DNA of 64,000 nt from Escherichia coli (GCF_022846255.1 NZ_AP025682.1); one strand, 5' to 3'; shown: positions 44,353-55,839, numbered from the stretch's first letter. Numbers and translations are program-made. Notes: generated by a model from the letters alone, not told the origin.

Positions 44353-45576
44353 TCAATGCGCATGGGTAGCACTTTCAGAGCGCATCCGCTCCAGTGCGCC
44401 AGAAATATTGGCTTCGGAATCAATCAGGAACAGGCCGCTGGAAACCACCTTTTCACCTTCCGCCAGACCAGAGCGTAATGCGGTGACGCCTTGCGATGCC
44501 TGGAAAACGGCAACGCGTTTCGGTACAAAGCGCCCGTCGGCATCAACGGTAATCACCCGCTGTTCGCTGCCGGTATCAATCAGCGCTTGTGACGGAATGA
44601 GCAGCATCGGTTCGCTGGCGGTGTTGAGTTGCAACCAGGCGTTCATTCCCGGCTTTAGCGCCTCGTCGGTGTTGTCGACTTCCAGGCGCAGCTGCAGCGT
44701 GCGGGTTGCGGCATCCACGCCGGGTAGCAGCGTCCATTTGCGGATGGTGAGTGTTTTATCAGGTCGTGCCGGAACGGTGAGCGTAAACTGCGAGGCATCT
44801 TTCACCAGCCAGGCGATGGACTCCGGGATCGCGGCAGTGATCCACACCGGGTCCATACCCTGAATTTTCGCGACCACGTTATCTTTGGCGATATTCATTC
44901 CCGCGCGCAGATCAAACGCGGTGATCACGCCATCAATGGGCGATTTGAGCGTAAAGCGAGTCTGGATTTTTTGCGTGGCGATCAGGCGGCGAATATCCGC
45001 CTCCGGCATTCCCGCCAGTCGCAGTCGCTCAAGAATGCCTTCAGTCTGGGTCGCCGTACCGCCGGTTTCGCGCAGCAGTAAATACTCACTCTGCGCTTCC
45101 ACCCAGTCGGGAATGGTCAGGTCGAGAAGCGGCGCGCCCTTTTGCACTTTATCGCCCACGGTAAGCGGATACACCTTGTCGATAAACCCGGCGGCGCGGG
45201 CCTGCACAATGGCATACTGATACTCGTTGTAACTGACATTCGCCGGGAAACTCTGGGAAAAAGTCAGCGGCCCGCGCGTGACGGTCGCCGTTTTCACCCC
45301 CAGATTCTGCGTCTGAGTCGGGTCAATGCGCACACCAGACGCAGAACTCTCTTCATCGGCATATTTCGGCACCAGATCCATATCCATAAACGGCGATTTC
45401 CCTGGTTTATCGAACCGCGTATTGGGATACATCGGGTCGTACCAGAATAAGACTTTACGTTCTGCGGTCGACGTTTTTTCTGCGGGCGGTTCCTCCTTTG
45501 CAAACCAGGTAAAACCTGCCGCAGAAATAATACCGCCCGCGATCATGCTGCCGATAATAAGCGCGATTTTTTTCAT
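44353..45576 (-). CDS. cusB: Membrane fusion (periplasmic adaptor) protein of the Cus system
   Basis: 407 aa, MKKIALIIGSMIAGGIISAAGFTWFAKEEPPAEK... Confidence 0.95.
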   Translation of the reverse strand: MKKIALIIGSMIAGGIISAAGFTWFAKEEPPAEKTSTAERKVLFWYDPMYPNTRFDKPGKSPFMDMDLVPKYADEESSASGVRIDPTQTQNLGVKTATVTRGPLTFSQSFPANVSYNEYQYAIVQARAAGFIDKVYPLTVGDKVQKGAPLLDLTIPDWVEAQSEYLLLRETGGTATQTEGILERLRLAGMPEADIRRLIATQKIQTRFTLKSPIDGVITAFDLRAGMNIAKDNVVAKIQGMDPVWITAAIPESIAWLVKDASQFTLTVPARPDKTLTIRKWTLLPGVDAATRTLQLRLEVDNTDEALKPGMNAWLQLNTASEPMLLIPSQALIDTGSEQRVITVDADGRFVPKRVAVFQASQGVTALRSGLAEGEKVVSSGLFLIDSEANISGALERMRSESATHAH

Positions 45577-45591
45577 CTCATTAAACCTGGG

Positions 45592-45924
45592 TTACTGGCT
45601 GACTTTAATATCCTGTAATAAAGAAAGGCTGCCCTGCTGGACAAAATTAAACGCCACTTTGTCGCCGGTTTTAATTTCGCTCATTTTCGTCTGCGGGGTG
45701 ATGGTAAAGCGCATAGTCATCTCCGGCCAGTTCACGGCAGCAATCGGATCGTGATGGATGGTGATTTTTTTGCTTTCCAGATCAACACCTTTTACCACCC
45801 CAGTGGCGCTAATAACCTGTGGTTGTGCTTCGCTCATGGTTTCATGATGATGTTCGTTAGCCTGGGCATTAAAGCCAATAACGGTAAACAGACTAAACAT
45901 TGCGACTTGCAGTGCTTTTTTCAT
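45592..45924 (-). CDS. cusF: Periplasmic Cu(I)/Ag(I) metallochaperone
   Basis: 110 aa with signal peptide; MKKALQVAMFSLFTVIGFNAQANEHHHETMSEAQPQVISATGVVKGVDLESKKITIHHDPIAAVNWPEMTMRF. Confidence 0.95.
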   Translation of the reverse strand: MKKALQVAMFSLFTVIGFNAQANEHHHETMSEAQPQVISATGVVKGVDLESKKITIHHDPIAAVNWPEMTMRFTITPQTKMSEIKTGDKVAFNFVQQGSLSLLQDIKVSQ

Positions 45925-45947
45925 TTATTCTCTCCTGGAGTTAAAAA

Positions 45948-47330
45948 TTATTGCTGCCAACCGCCCCCTAAGGCGGTATATAAAGAAATTTCGTTAACCT
46001 GACGGGCATAATTCAGGTCAAGTAAAGTTTGTCGGGTTGCAAATAAAGAACGCTCGGCATCCAGCACTTCCAGATAACTTACCGCGCCGTGCTGATATAA
46101 TGCCCGCGCCCGTTGCAAAGTAATTTGCAGCGACGCAAGATAACGCTGCTGGGCGCTGATTTGATCGTTCAGGCTTTGACGTAATGCCAGCGCATCTGCC
46201 ACTTCTTTAAAGGCGTTCTGGATTTTCTGTTCATAATTCACCACCGACTGCTGCTGGCGAATTTCGGCGATATCCAGATTGGCCTGGTTGCGTCCAGCAT
46301 TAAAAATGGGGATCTCAATTTTAGGAATAAAATTCCACATCCCGCTGCTGGCATTAAATAATGACGACAGATCGCTGCTGGCGGTTGATATTCCGCTGGT
46401 CAGGCTGATAGACGGGAAAAATGCCGCACGCGCAGCACCAATATTGGCATTAGCCGCCATTAACGCGTGTTCAGCTTCCATAATATCAGGGCGCTGCAAT
46501 AAGATTTGCGACGACAAGCCCGCCGGTAATTTAACGCTTTGCAGGCTGTCGCTGTTTACTGTCTGCGCTTGCGGCAGCTTGCCGTAGCTTCCCAATAACA
46601 GTTGCAATGCATTATTTGCCTGCGCCAGTTCCCCCTGACGTTTAGCGATGTCGCTGCGGGTACTTTCTATCACCCCGCGAGCCTGTTCCAGCGCCAGAAC
46701 ATTGCTGCTACCGGTCAACAGTTGTTTTTCGACAAACGCATATGACTGCTGATAATTACGCAGCGTTTCTTCGGCTATTTGCAATTGCGCATACGCCAGT
46801 TGCTGATTGAAATAGCTTTGCGCGACATTAGAAACCAGCAAAATATGCACCGCGCGCTGAGCTTCCTCAGTGGCTAAATAATTTTGGCGCTCGGCTTCGC
46901 TCATGTTCTTTAAGCGCCCGAAAAAATCGAGATCAAAGCTGGCGTTAAGGCCAGTCGAGAACTCCCGCGTCGTGGCTGAATCGCCTTTAAGATTGCCGCT
47001 CCAGCTGCCGCTGCCCTCGCCATTGAGCTGTGGGTAGCGGTCGGCATCGGTCAGACGATATTGCGCCCGCGCTTCCTGCACTTTCAGCGCCGCCATGCGC
47101 AAATCCCGGTTATTCACCAACGCCTCGCTAATCAGCGTCTTCACCTGATTATCAACAAAAAAGGTGCGCCAGCCTGCGTTCTGGTAGTTATCTGCTGCGT
47201 TAACCAGGCCGTTCTGGCTGAGTGAGAACTGCTGAGGAACGGGCATTGCCGGACGCTGATAATCCGGTGCCAGTGAACAACCGGTTAGCGCAAGGGCCAC
47301 ACAAAATGGCAGAAGTTTACAAGGAGACAT
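45948..47330 (-). CDS. cusC: Outer-membrane factor lipoprotein of the Cus efflux system
   Basis: 460 aa, lipobox LTGCS near the N-terminus; TolC-like OMF family. Confidence 0.95.
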   Translation of the reverse strand: MSPCKLLPFCVALALTGCSLAPDYQRPAMPVPQQFSLSQNGLVNAADNYQNAGWRTFFVDNQVKTLISEALVNNRDLRMAALKVQEARAQYRLTDADRYPQLNGEGSGSWSGNLKGDSATTREFSTGLNASFDLDFFGRLKNMSEAERQNYLATEEAQRAVHILLVSNVAQSYFNQQLAYAQLQIAEETLRNYQQSYAFVEKQLLTGSSNVLALEQARGVIESTRSDIAKRQGELAQANNALQLLLGSYGKLPQAQTVNSDSLQSVKLPAGLSSQILLQRPDIMEAEHALMAANANIGAARAAFFPSISLTSGISTASSDLSSLFNASSGMWNFIPKIEIPIFNAGRNQANLDIAEIRQQQSVVNYEQKIQNAFKEVADALALRQSLNDQISAQQRYLASLQITLQRARALYQHGAVSYLEVLDAERSLFATRQTLLDLNYARQVNEISLYTALGGGWQQ

Positions 47331-47399
47331 AGGCTCATAATTTCTGGTGATTTTATGCTGCCAACTTTACTCGCCAGGCTCTGATTTTCCGGTGACAGG

Positions 47400-47421
47400 A
47401 AAATGACAAAATTGTCATTTT
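47400..47421. promoter_or_regulatory. CusR box (palindrome AAAATGACAAAATTGTCATTTT) in the cusC / cusR divergent promoter
   Basis: Direct reading of a perfect inverted repeat matching the known CusR operator between cusC and cusR. Confidence 0.8.
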
Positions 47422-47486
47422 GCCAATAAGCGATTGCCATCTGATCCCGCTACTCTAGAATTGCCCGGGCAACATGCGGAGGAAAT

Positions 47487-48170
47487 ATGAAACTGTTGAT
47501 TGTCGAAGATGAAAAGAAAACCGGAGAATACTTGACCAAAGGGTTAACCGAAGCCGGTTTTGTGGTCGATTTGGCCGACAACGGGCTGAATGGCTACCAT
47601 CTGGCGATGACCGGTGATTATGATCTGATAATCCTCGATATTATGCTGCCGGACGTGAACGGCTGGGATATCGTGCGCATGTTGCGTTCCGCCAATAAGG
47701 GGATGCCGATTCTGTTGCTTACCGCGCTTGGCACCATTGAACATCGCGTCAAGGGGCTGGAGTTGGGGGCGGATGACTATCTGGTGAAGCCGTTCGCTTT
47801 TGCTGAACTGCTGGCGCGGGTGCGCACTCTACTGCGGCGCGGGGCGGCGGTGATTATCGAAAGTCAGTTTCAGGTTGCCGATCTGATGGTCGATCTCGTC
47901 AGCCGCAAAGTCACCCGCAGCGGCACGCGCATCACTCTGACCAGTAAAGAATTTACTCTGCTGGAGTTTTTCCTCCGCCATCAGGGCGAAGTGCTGCCCC
48001 GCTCGCTTATCGCCTCGCAGGTATGGGACATGAATTTTGACAGCGATACCAACGCCATTGATGTGGCGGTGAAGCGGCTGCGCGGCAAAATCGACAACGA
48101 CTTTGAGCCAAAGTTGATTCAGACCGTGCGCGGCGTGGGTTACATGCTAGAGGTGCCGGATGGTCAGTAA
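47487..48170 (+). CDS. cusR: OmpR-family response regulator of the copper/silver-sensing two-component system
   Basis: 227 aa, [63 protein letters not shown]... Confidence 0.95.
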
Positions 48171-49602
48171 GCCATTTCAGCGCCCGTTTTCGCTGGCAAC
48201 CCGCCTGACCTTTTTTATCAGCCTCGCCACCATCGCGGCGTTTTTCGCCTTTGCATGGATCATGATCCACTCGGTAAAAGTGCATTTTGCCGAGCAGGAT
48301 ATTAATGATTTAAAGGAGATTAGCGCCACCCTTGAACGGGTACTTAATCACCCTGACGAAACGCAAGCCCGACGCTTAATGACGCTGGAAGATATCGTCA
48401 GTGGTTATTCCAATGTGTTGATCTCCCTGGCAAATAGCCACGGTAAAACGGTGTATCACTCCCCAGGTGCGCCGGATATCCGCGAGTTTACGCGTGACGC
48501 CATACCCGATAAAGACGCGCAGGCTGGCGAGGTGTATCTCCTTTCCGGCCCGACGATGATGATGCCAGGGCACGGTCACGGGCATATGGAACACAGCAAC
48601 TGGCGGATGATTAACTTGCCGGTTGGCCCGCTGGTTGACGGCAAACCGATTTATACGCTCTACATCGCGCTTTCGATCGATTTTCATCTTCATTACATCA
48701 ATGATTTGATGAATAAACTTATTATGACCGCATCGGTAATCAGCATCCTGATCGTCTTTATCGTGCTGTTGGCGGTATATAAAGGTCATGCGCCGATCCG
48801 CAGCGTCAGCCGTCAAATCCAGAATATCACCTCGAAAGATCTCGACGTTCGCCTTGACCCGCAGACCGTGCCCATTGAGCTGGAACAGCTGGTACTGTCG
48901 TTCAACCATATGATCGAGCGTATTGAGGATGTCTTTACCCGCCAGTCCAATTTCTCAGCGGATATAGCCCACGAAATTCGCACACCTATTACTAATCTCA
49001 TTACGCAAACGGAAATCGCCCTCAGCCAGTCGCGCAGCCAGAAGGAGCTGGAAGATGTGCTCTACTCTAATCTCGAAGAGCTGACGCGAATGGCGAAAAT
49101 GGTCAGCGATATGCTGTTTCTTGCTCAGGCCGATAACAACCAGCTAATCCCCGAAAAGAAAATGCTCAACCTGGCGGATGAAGTCGGCAAAGTGTTCGAT
49201 TTTTTCGAGGCGTTAGCAGAAGATCGCTGCGTGGAGCTGCGGTTTGTTGGCGACGAGTGTCAGGTTGCGGGCGATCCGCTGATGCTGCGTCGGGCGTTAA
49301 GCAACCTGCTTTCTAATGCCCTGCGTTATACGCCAACCGGAGAGACAATTGTCGTGCGCTGCCAGACGGTCGATCACCTGGTGCAAGTTACCGTCGAAAA
49401 CCCCGGTACGCCCATTGCGCCCGAACACTTACCGCGATTGTTTGACCGTTTCTACCGCATTGATCCTTCCCGCCAGCGAAAAGGCGAAGGTAGCGGCATT
49501 GGTCTGGCGATAGTGAAATCGATTGTTGTCGCGCATAAAGGCACTGTTACAGTAACGTCAGATGCACGGGGGACAAGGTTTGTTATCATATTACCCGCTT
49601 AA
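48160..49602 (+). CDS. cusS: Sensor histidine kinase of the copper/silver-sensing two-component system
   Basis: 480 aa; two transmembrane segments, HAMP, H-box [12 protein letters not shown] and ATPase domain; start overlaps the cusR 3' end. Confidence 0.95.
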
Positions 49603-49751
49603 TCCTTCAGCAAACGGCAACTTTTATAACCAGTGTAAAAATAACATGCCGCAATAGTAATACCTATTAATGATAAAAAGCTGTCACAATTCATAAAAAA
49701 CCTTAATATACGCCACCCTAAACATAACCAGCGTTAATGTAAGGTTTTTGT

Positions 49752-51989
49752 GTGGACTGGCTTCTTGATGTTTTTGCTACCTGGCTCTACGGCTTAAAAG
49801 TAATCGCGATAACGTTAGCGGTCATTATGTTCATCAGCGGGCTGGACGATTTTTTTATTGATGTCGTCTACTGGGTACGCCGCATTAAACGCAAGTTGAG
49901 TGTTTATCGCCGCTACCCGCGAATGAGTTACCGCGAACTGTATAAACCAGATGAAAAACCGTTAGCGATTATGGTTCCGGCGTGGAATGAAACGGGCGTC
50001 ATCGGCAATATGGCCGAGCTGGCGGCGACCACGCTCGACTACGAAAACTATCATATCTTTGTTGGCACCTACCCCAACGACCCCGATACTCAGCGTGATG
50101 TTGACGAAGTGTGCGCTCGCTTCCCGAACGTGCATAAGGTAGTCTGCGCGCGTCCTGGCCCCACCAGCAAAGCCGACTGTCTGAACAACGTGCTGGACGC
50201 CATCACCCAATTTGAACGTAGCGCCAATTTCGCTTTTGCTGGTTTTATTCTGCATGACGCCGAAGATGTGATTTCACCGATGGAATTGCGTCTGTTCAAC
50301 TATCTGGTCGAGCGTAAAGATCTGATTCAGATCCCAGTGTATCCGTTCGAACGCGAATGGACGCACTTCACCAGCATGACCTACATTGATGAGTTTTCAG
50401 AACTGCATGGCAAAGATGTTCCGGTGCGTGAAGCCCTCGCCGGACAGGTGCCCAGCGCAGGCGTCGGCACCTGTTTCAGCCGCCGCGCCGTGACCGCACT
50501 GTTAGCTGACGGTGACGGTATTGCTTTCGACGTGCAGAGTCTGACTGAAGATTACGACATTGGCTTCCGCCTGAAAGAGAAAGGTATGACGGAAATTTTT
50601 GTCCGTTTTCCGGTGGTGGACGAAGCCAAAGAACGCGAGCAGCGTAAATTTTTACAGCATGCGCGGACGTCAAACATGATCTGCGTGCGCGAATATTTCC
50701 CCGATACCTTTTCGACTGCGGTTCGGCAAAAATCTCGCTGGATCATCGGCATTGTTTTCCAGGGCTTTAAAACCCACAAATGGACCTCCAGCCTGACGCT
50801 GAACTACTTTCTCTGGCGCGACCGCAAAGGGGCAATCAGTAACTTTGTCAGCTTCCTCGCGATGCTGGTGATGATCCAGCTTTTGCTGTTGCTGGCGTAT
50901 GAAAGTTTGTGGCCCGATGCCTGGCATTTCCTTTCTATTTTCAGCGGCAGCGCATGGTTAATGACTCTGCTGTGGCTAAACTTTGGCTTGATGATTAACC
51001 GCATCGTGCAGCGGGTGATTTTCGTTACTGGCTACTACGGCCTGACGCAGGGGCTGCTATCTGTCCTGCGTCTTTTCTGGGGCAACCTGATTAACTTCAT
51101 GGCCAACTGGCGCGCGTTAAAACAGGTACTTCAACACGGCGATCCACGTCGCGTCGCGTGGGATAAAACAACGCATGACTTCCCCAGCGTGACTGGCGAT
51201 ACCCGCTCGTTGCGTCCGTTAGGTCAAATCCTGCTGGAAAATCAGGTCATCACTGAAGAACAACTCGATACAGCACTGCGTAATCGCGTCGAAGGTCTAC
51301 GCCTGGGCGGTTCAATGCTGATGCAGGGGCTGATTAGCGCCGAGCAACTGGCACAGGCGCTGGCAGAGCAAAACGGCGTGGCGTGGGAATCCATCGATGC
51401 CTGGCAGATCCCTTCCTCGCTGATTGCCGAAATGCCGGCCTCCGTGGCGTTGCATTATGCGGTACTGCCGCTGCGTCTGGACAATGATGAGTTAATTGTC
51501 GGCAGTGAAGATGGTATTGACCCGGTTTCGCTGGCGGCCCTGACGCGTAAAGTCGGACGCAAAGTGCGTTACGTCATTGTTCTGCGGGGACAAATTGTCA
51601 CCGGATTACGCCACTGGTATGCACGCCGACGCGGTCACGATCCGCGGGCAATGTTGTACAATGCAGTTCAGCATCAGTGGCTCACGGAACAGCAGGCCGG
51701 TGAAATCTGGCGGCAATATGTGCCGCATCAGTTCCTGTTCGCAGAAATACTGACCACGCTCGGTCATATTAATCGTTCAGCAATTAACGTGTTGTTATTG
51801 CGCCATGAACGCAGTTCTCTGCCGCTCGGCAAGTTTTTGGTCACCGAAGGCGTTATCAGCCAGGAAACGTTGGATCGCGTCCTGACAATTCAACGCGAAT
51901 TACAAGTTTCGATGCAATCACTATTACTCAAAGCAGGTTTAAACACTGAACAGGTTGCACAACTGGAGTCCGAAAATGAAGGAGAATAA
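49752..51989 (+). CDS. nfrB: Inner-membrane GT2 glycosyltransferase with C-terminal c-di-GMP-binding domain (phage N4 adsorption protein B)
   Basis: 745 aa beginning V/MDWLLDVFATWLYGLKVIAITLAVIMF (likely GTG start); GT2 domain plus C-terminal MshEN-like region. Confidence 0.9.
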   Translation: MDWLLDVFATWLYGLKVIAITLAVIMFISGLDDFFIDVVYWVRRIKRKLSVYRRYPRMSYRELYKPDEKPLAIMVPAWNETGVIGNMAELAATTLDYENYHIFVGTYPNDPDTQRDVDEVCARFPNVHKVVCARPGPTSKADCLNNVLDAITQFERSANFAFAGFILHDAEDVISPMELRLFNYLVERKDLIQIPVYPFEREWTHFTSMTYIDEFSELHGKDVPVREALAGQVPSAGVGTCFSRRAVTALLADGDGIAFDVQSLTEDYDIGFRLKEKGMTEIFVRFPVVDEAKEREQRKFLQHARTSNMICVREYFPDTFSTAVRQKSRWIIGIVFQGFKTHKWTSSLTLNYFLWRDRKGAISNFVSFLAMLVMIQLLLLLAYESLWPDAWHFLSIFSGSAWLMTLLWLNFGLMINRIVQRVIFVTGYYGLTQGLLSVLRLFWGNLINFMANWRALKQVLQHGDPRRVAWDKTTHDFPSVTGDTRSLRPLGQILLENQVITEEQLDTALRNRVEGLRLGGSMLMQGLISAEQLAQALAEQNGVAWESIDAWQIPSSLIAEMPASVALHYAVLPLRLDNDELIVGSEDGIDPVSLAALTRKVGRKVRYVIVLRGQIVTGLRHWYARRRGHDPRAMLYNAVQHQWLTEQQAGEIWRQYVPHQFLFAEILTTLGHINRSAINVLLLRHERSSLPLGKFLVTEGVISQETLDRVLTIQRELQVSMQSLLLKAGLNTEQVAQLESENEGE

Positions 51990-54948
51990 CCTTAATCGCG
52001 TCATCGGATGGTCTGGTTTACTGCTGACATCTTTATTGAGTACCAGCGCACTCGCAGACAATATCGGCACCAGCGCAGAAGAGCTGGGGCTGAGCGATTA
52101 TCGCCATTTTGTTATTTATCCCCGTCTCGATAAGGCGCTGAAGGCACAGAAAAATAACGACGAAGCAACCGCCATCCGCGAATTTGAATATATACACCAG
52201 CAGGTGCCGGATAATATTCCGCTGACTTTATACCTTGCGGAAGCCTATCGCCATTTTGGTCATGATGACCGGGCGCGGCTGTTGCTTGAGGATCAACTGA
52301 AACGTCACCCTGGAGATGATCGGCTTGAGCGCAGTCTGGCGGCTATTCCTGTTGAAGTGAAAAGCGTTACGACTGTTGAAGAACTGCTTGCCCAGCAAAA
52401 AGCGTGCGATGCTGCGCCGACCCTGCGTTGTCGCAGTGAAGTCGGGCAGAATGCCCTGCGGCTGGCACAATTACCTGTCGCCAGAGCGCAACTGAACGAT
52501 GCGACGTTTGCTGCATCGCCGGAAGGAAAAACGCTGCGAACCGATCTGCTGCAACGCGCAATCTACCTGAAACAATGGTCCCAGGCAGATACGCTATACA
52601 ATGAAGCACGCCAGCAGAACACATTAAGCGCGGCAGAACGCCGTCAGTGGTTTGACGTGCTTCTTGCCGGGCAGCTGGACGATCGGATCCTGGCGCTGCA
52701 ATCACAGGGGATCTTCACCGATCCTCAGTCATATATTACTTACGCGACCGCGCTGGCTTATCGTGGCGAAAAAGCACGCCTCCAGCATTATCTCATTGAA
52801 AATAAGCCGCTGTTTACCACGGACGCACAAGAGAAAAGTTGGCTCTATCTGTTATCTAAATACAGCGCCAACCCCGTTCAGGCGTTGGCGAATTATACGG
52901 TACAGTTTGCCGACAACCGCCAGTATGTTGTTGGCGCGACGCTACCGGTGCTGTTAAAAGAAGGTCAGTACGGCGCAGCGCAAAAACTGCTCGCCACCCT
53001 CCCCGCCAATGAAATGCTTGAGGAGCGTTATACCGTTAGCGTAGCGACCCATAACAAGGCTGAAGCTCTGCGTCTGGCACGATTGCTGTATCAGCAAGAA
53101 CCGGCAAATCTTACCCGCCTGGATCAACTGACCTGGCAACTGATGCAGAACGAACAGTCACGCGAAGCTGCCGATTTATTGCTGCAACGCTATCCTTTCC
53201 AGGGCGATGCGCGTGTCAGCCAGACTTTAATGGCGCGACTGGCGTCTCTGCTGGAAAGTCATCCTTACCTGGCAACGCCGGCGAAGGTGGCGATTTTATC
53301 GAAACCCTTACCGCTGGCGGAGCAACGTCAGTGGCAAAGTCAGTTGCCGGGTATTGCAGATAATTGCCCGGCAATAGTTCGCTTGCTGGGCGATATGTCG
53401 CCTTCCTACGATGCCGCCGCCTGGAACCGTCTGGCAAAGTGTTATCGGGACACGCTACCCGGTGTGGCGTTGTATGCATGGCTTCAGGCCGAACAACGAC
53501 AACCGAACGCCTGGCAACATCGTGCGGTAGCCTATCAGGCGTATCAGGTTGAGGACTACGCCACCGCACTGGCGGCATGGCAGAAAATCAGTCTTCACGA
53601 CATGAGCAATGAGGATCTGCTTGCTGCTGCCAATACCGCCCAGGCGGCAGGAAATGGTGCGGCTCGCGATCGCTGGCTTCAGCAGGCAGAACAACGTGGG
53701 CTGGGAAACAATGCCCTCTACTGGTGGCTGCATGCGCAACGTTACATTCATGGTCAGCCGGAACTCGCACTGAACGATCTCACGCGCTCAATCAATATTG
53801 CGCCTTCTGCCAACGCTTACGTTGCGCGGGCAACAATTTATCGCCAACGTCATAATATCCCGGCGGCGGTGAGTGATTTGCGCGCCGCGCTGGAACTGGA
53901 ACCGAATAATAGCAACACCCAGGCAGCGCTTGGTTACGCCTTGTGGGATAGCGGTGATATCGCACAGTCGCGGGAAATGCTCGAACAGGCGCATAAAGGG
54001 CTACCGGACGATCCGGCACTTATCCGACAACTGGCCTACGTGAACCAGCGTCTGGATGACATGCCTGCGACGCAGCACTACGCCCGGCTGGTGATTGATG
54101 ACATTGATAATCAGGCGCTGATAACCCCACTGACCCCAGAGCAAAATCAGCAACGCTTCAATTTCCGCCGTCTGCATGAGGAGGTCGGTCGCCGCTGGAC
54201 GTTCAGTTTCGATTCTTCTATCGGCTTGCGTTCCGGCGCAATGAGTACCGCTAACAATAATGTCGGCGGCGCAGCGCCAGGGAAAAGCTATCGTAGCTAC
54301 GGGCAACTGGAAGCCGAGTATCGCATCGGACGCAATATGCTGCTGGAAGGCGACCTGCTCTCGGTTTACAGCCGTGTATTTGCCGATACCGGAGAAAACG
54401 GGGTGATGATGCCGGTGAAAAATCCGATGTCCGGCACCGGTCTGCGCTGGAAGCCGCTGCGCGATCAGATCTTTTTCCTCACCGTCGAACAGCAGTTGCC
54501 GCTGAACGGCCAAAATGGTGCATCCGATACCATGCTGCGCGCCAGCGCCTCATTCTTTAATGGCGGCAAATACAGCGACGAATGGCACCCGAACGGTTCA
54601 GGCTGGTTTGCCCAAAACCTGTACCTCGATGCAGCGCAATATATCCGCCAGGATATTCAGGCGTGGACGGCAGATTATCGCGTCAGCTGGCATCAGAAGG
54701 TAGCTAACGGACAGACTATTGAGCCTTACGCTCACGTTCAGGACAACGGCTATCGTGATAAAGGCACTCAGGGCGCGCAGCTTGGCGGTGTCGGGGTCCG
54801 CTGGAATATCTGGACCGGCGAGACGCACTACGACGCCTGGCCGCACAAAGTCAGTCTCGGCGTCGAGTATCAACATACCTTTAAGGCGATTAATCAACGT
54901 AACGGAGAGCGCAACAATGCGTTTCTCACCATTGGAGTGCACTGGTAA
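51976..54948 (+). CDS. nfrA: Outer-membrane TPR-containing protein (phage N4 adsorption protein A)
   Basis: MKENNLNRVIGWSGLLLTSLLSTSALADNIG... with signal peptide; start trimmed to give 990 aa; overlaps the nfrB 3' end by 14 bp. Confidence 0.9.
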   Translation: MKENNLNRVIGWSGLLLTSLLSTSALADNIGTSAEELGLSDYRHFVIYPRLDKALKAQKNNDEATAIREFEYIHQQVPDNIPLTLYLAEAYRHFGHDDRARLLLEDQLKRHPGDDRLERSLAAIPVEVKSVTTVEELLAQQKACDAAPTLRCRSEVGQNALRLAQLPVARAQLNDATFAASPEGKTLRTDLLQRAIYLKQWSQADTLYNEARQQNTLSAAERRQWFDVLLAGQLDDRILALQSQGIFTDPQSYITYATALAYRGEKARLQHYLIENKPLFTTDAQEKSWLYLLSKYSANPVQALANYTVQFADNRQYVVGATLPVLLKEGQYGAAQKLLATLPANEMLEERYTVSVATHNKAEALRLARLLYQQEPANLTRLDQLTWQLMQNEQSREAADLLLQRYPFQGDARVSQTLMARLASLLESHPYLATPAKVAILSKPLPLAEQRQWQSQLPGIADNCPAIVRLLGDMSPSYDAAAWNRLAKCYRDTLPGVALYAWLQAEQRQPNAWQHRAVAYQAYQVEDYATALAAWQKISLHDMSNEDLLAAANTAQAAGNGAARDRWLQQAEQRGLGNNALYWWLHAQRYIHGQPELALNDLTRSINIAPSANAYVARATIYRQRHNIPAAVSDLRAALELEPNNSNTQAALGYALWDSGDIAQSREMLEQAHKGLPDDPALIRQLAYVNQRLDDMPATQHYARLVIDDIDNQALITPLTPEQNQQRFNFRRLHEEVGRRWTFSFDSSIGLRSGAMSTANNNVGGAAPGKSYRSYGQLEAEYRIGRNMLLEGDLLSVYSRVFADTGENGVMMPVKNPMSGTGLRWKPLRDQIFFLTVEQQLPLNGQNGASDTMLRASASFFNGGKYSDEWHPNGSGWFAQNLYLDAAQYIRQDIQAWTADYRVSWHQKVANGQTIEPYAHVQDNGYRDKGTQGAQLGGVGVRWNIWTGETHYDAWPHKVSLGVEYQHTFKAINQRNGERNNAFLTIGVHW

Positions 54949-55839
54949 ATGCGTAAGTTCATTTTCGTATTGCTGACACTGCTTTTGGTCAGCCCTTTTT
55001 CCTTTGCGATGAAAGGTATTATCTGGCAACCACAAAACCGTGATAGTCAGGTTACCGATACCCAGTGGCAGGGGCTGATGAGTCAGTTACGTTTGCAAGG
55101 CTTCGATACCCTGGTTTTGCAATGGACTCGTTACGGCGATGCATTCACCCAGCCAGAACAGCGCGCGTTATTGTTTAAGCGTGCCGCAGCTGCGCAACAG
55201 GCTGGCCTGAAGCTGATTGTCGGGCTGAATGCCGATCCGGAATTTTTTATGCACCAGAAACAGTCGTCTGCAGCGCTGGAAAGCTATCTTAACCGCCTGC
55301 TGGCTGCCGATCTCCAGCAAGCCAGATTATGGAGCGCCGTACCTGGCGTAACGCCGGATGGCTGGTACATCAGCGCGGAAATTGACGACCTGAACTGGCG
55401 CAGCGAAGCCGCCCGTCAGCCTTTGCTAACATGGTTAAACAACGCGCAGCGGTTGATTAGCGATGTTTCAGCAAAACCGGTTTATATCAGTAGTTTTTTC
55501 GCCGGAAACATGTCGCCCGATGGCTATCGCCAACTGCTGGAACACGTTAAAGCAACCGGCGTTAATGTCTGGGTACAGGATGGCAGCGGCGTGGATAAAC
55601 TGACCGCTGAACAGCGTGAACGTTATCTACAGGCCAGCGCCGATTGCCAAAGCTCCGCCCCAGCAAGCGGCATTGTTTATGAACTGTTTGTCGCCGGCAA
55701 AGGCAAAACCTTTACAGCGAAACCGAAACCGGACGCAGAAATTGCCTCGCTGTTAGCGAAACGTTCCTCTTGCGGTAAAGACACGCTCTATTTCTCTCTG
55801 CGCTATTTGCCCGTCGCGCACGGCATTCTCGAGTATTAA
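54949..55839 (+). CDS. ybcH: Periplasmic protein YbcH, third gene of the nfrBA-ybcH operon
   Basis: 296 aa with signal peptide MRKFIFVLLTLLLVSPFSFA; start abuts the nfrA stop. Confidence 0.88.
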   Translation: MRKFIFVLLTLLLVSPFSFAMKGIIWQPQNRDSQVTDTQWQGLMSQLRLQGFDTLVLQWTRYGDAFTQPEQRALLFKRAAAAQQAGLKLIVGLNADPEFFMHQKQSSAALESYLNRLLAADLQQARLWSAVPGVTPDGWYISAEIDDLNWRSEAARQPLLTWLNNAQRLISDVSAKPVYISSFFAGNMSPDGYRQLLEHVKATGVNVWVQDGSGVDKLTAEQRERYLQASADCQSSAPASGIVYELFVAGKGKTFTAKPKPDAEIASLLAKRSSCGKDTLYFSLRYLPVAHGILEY

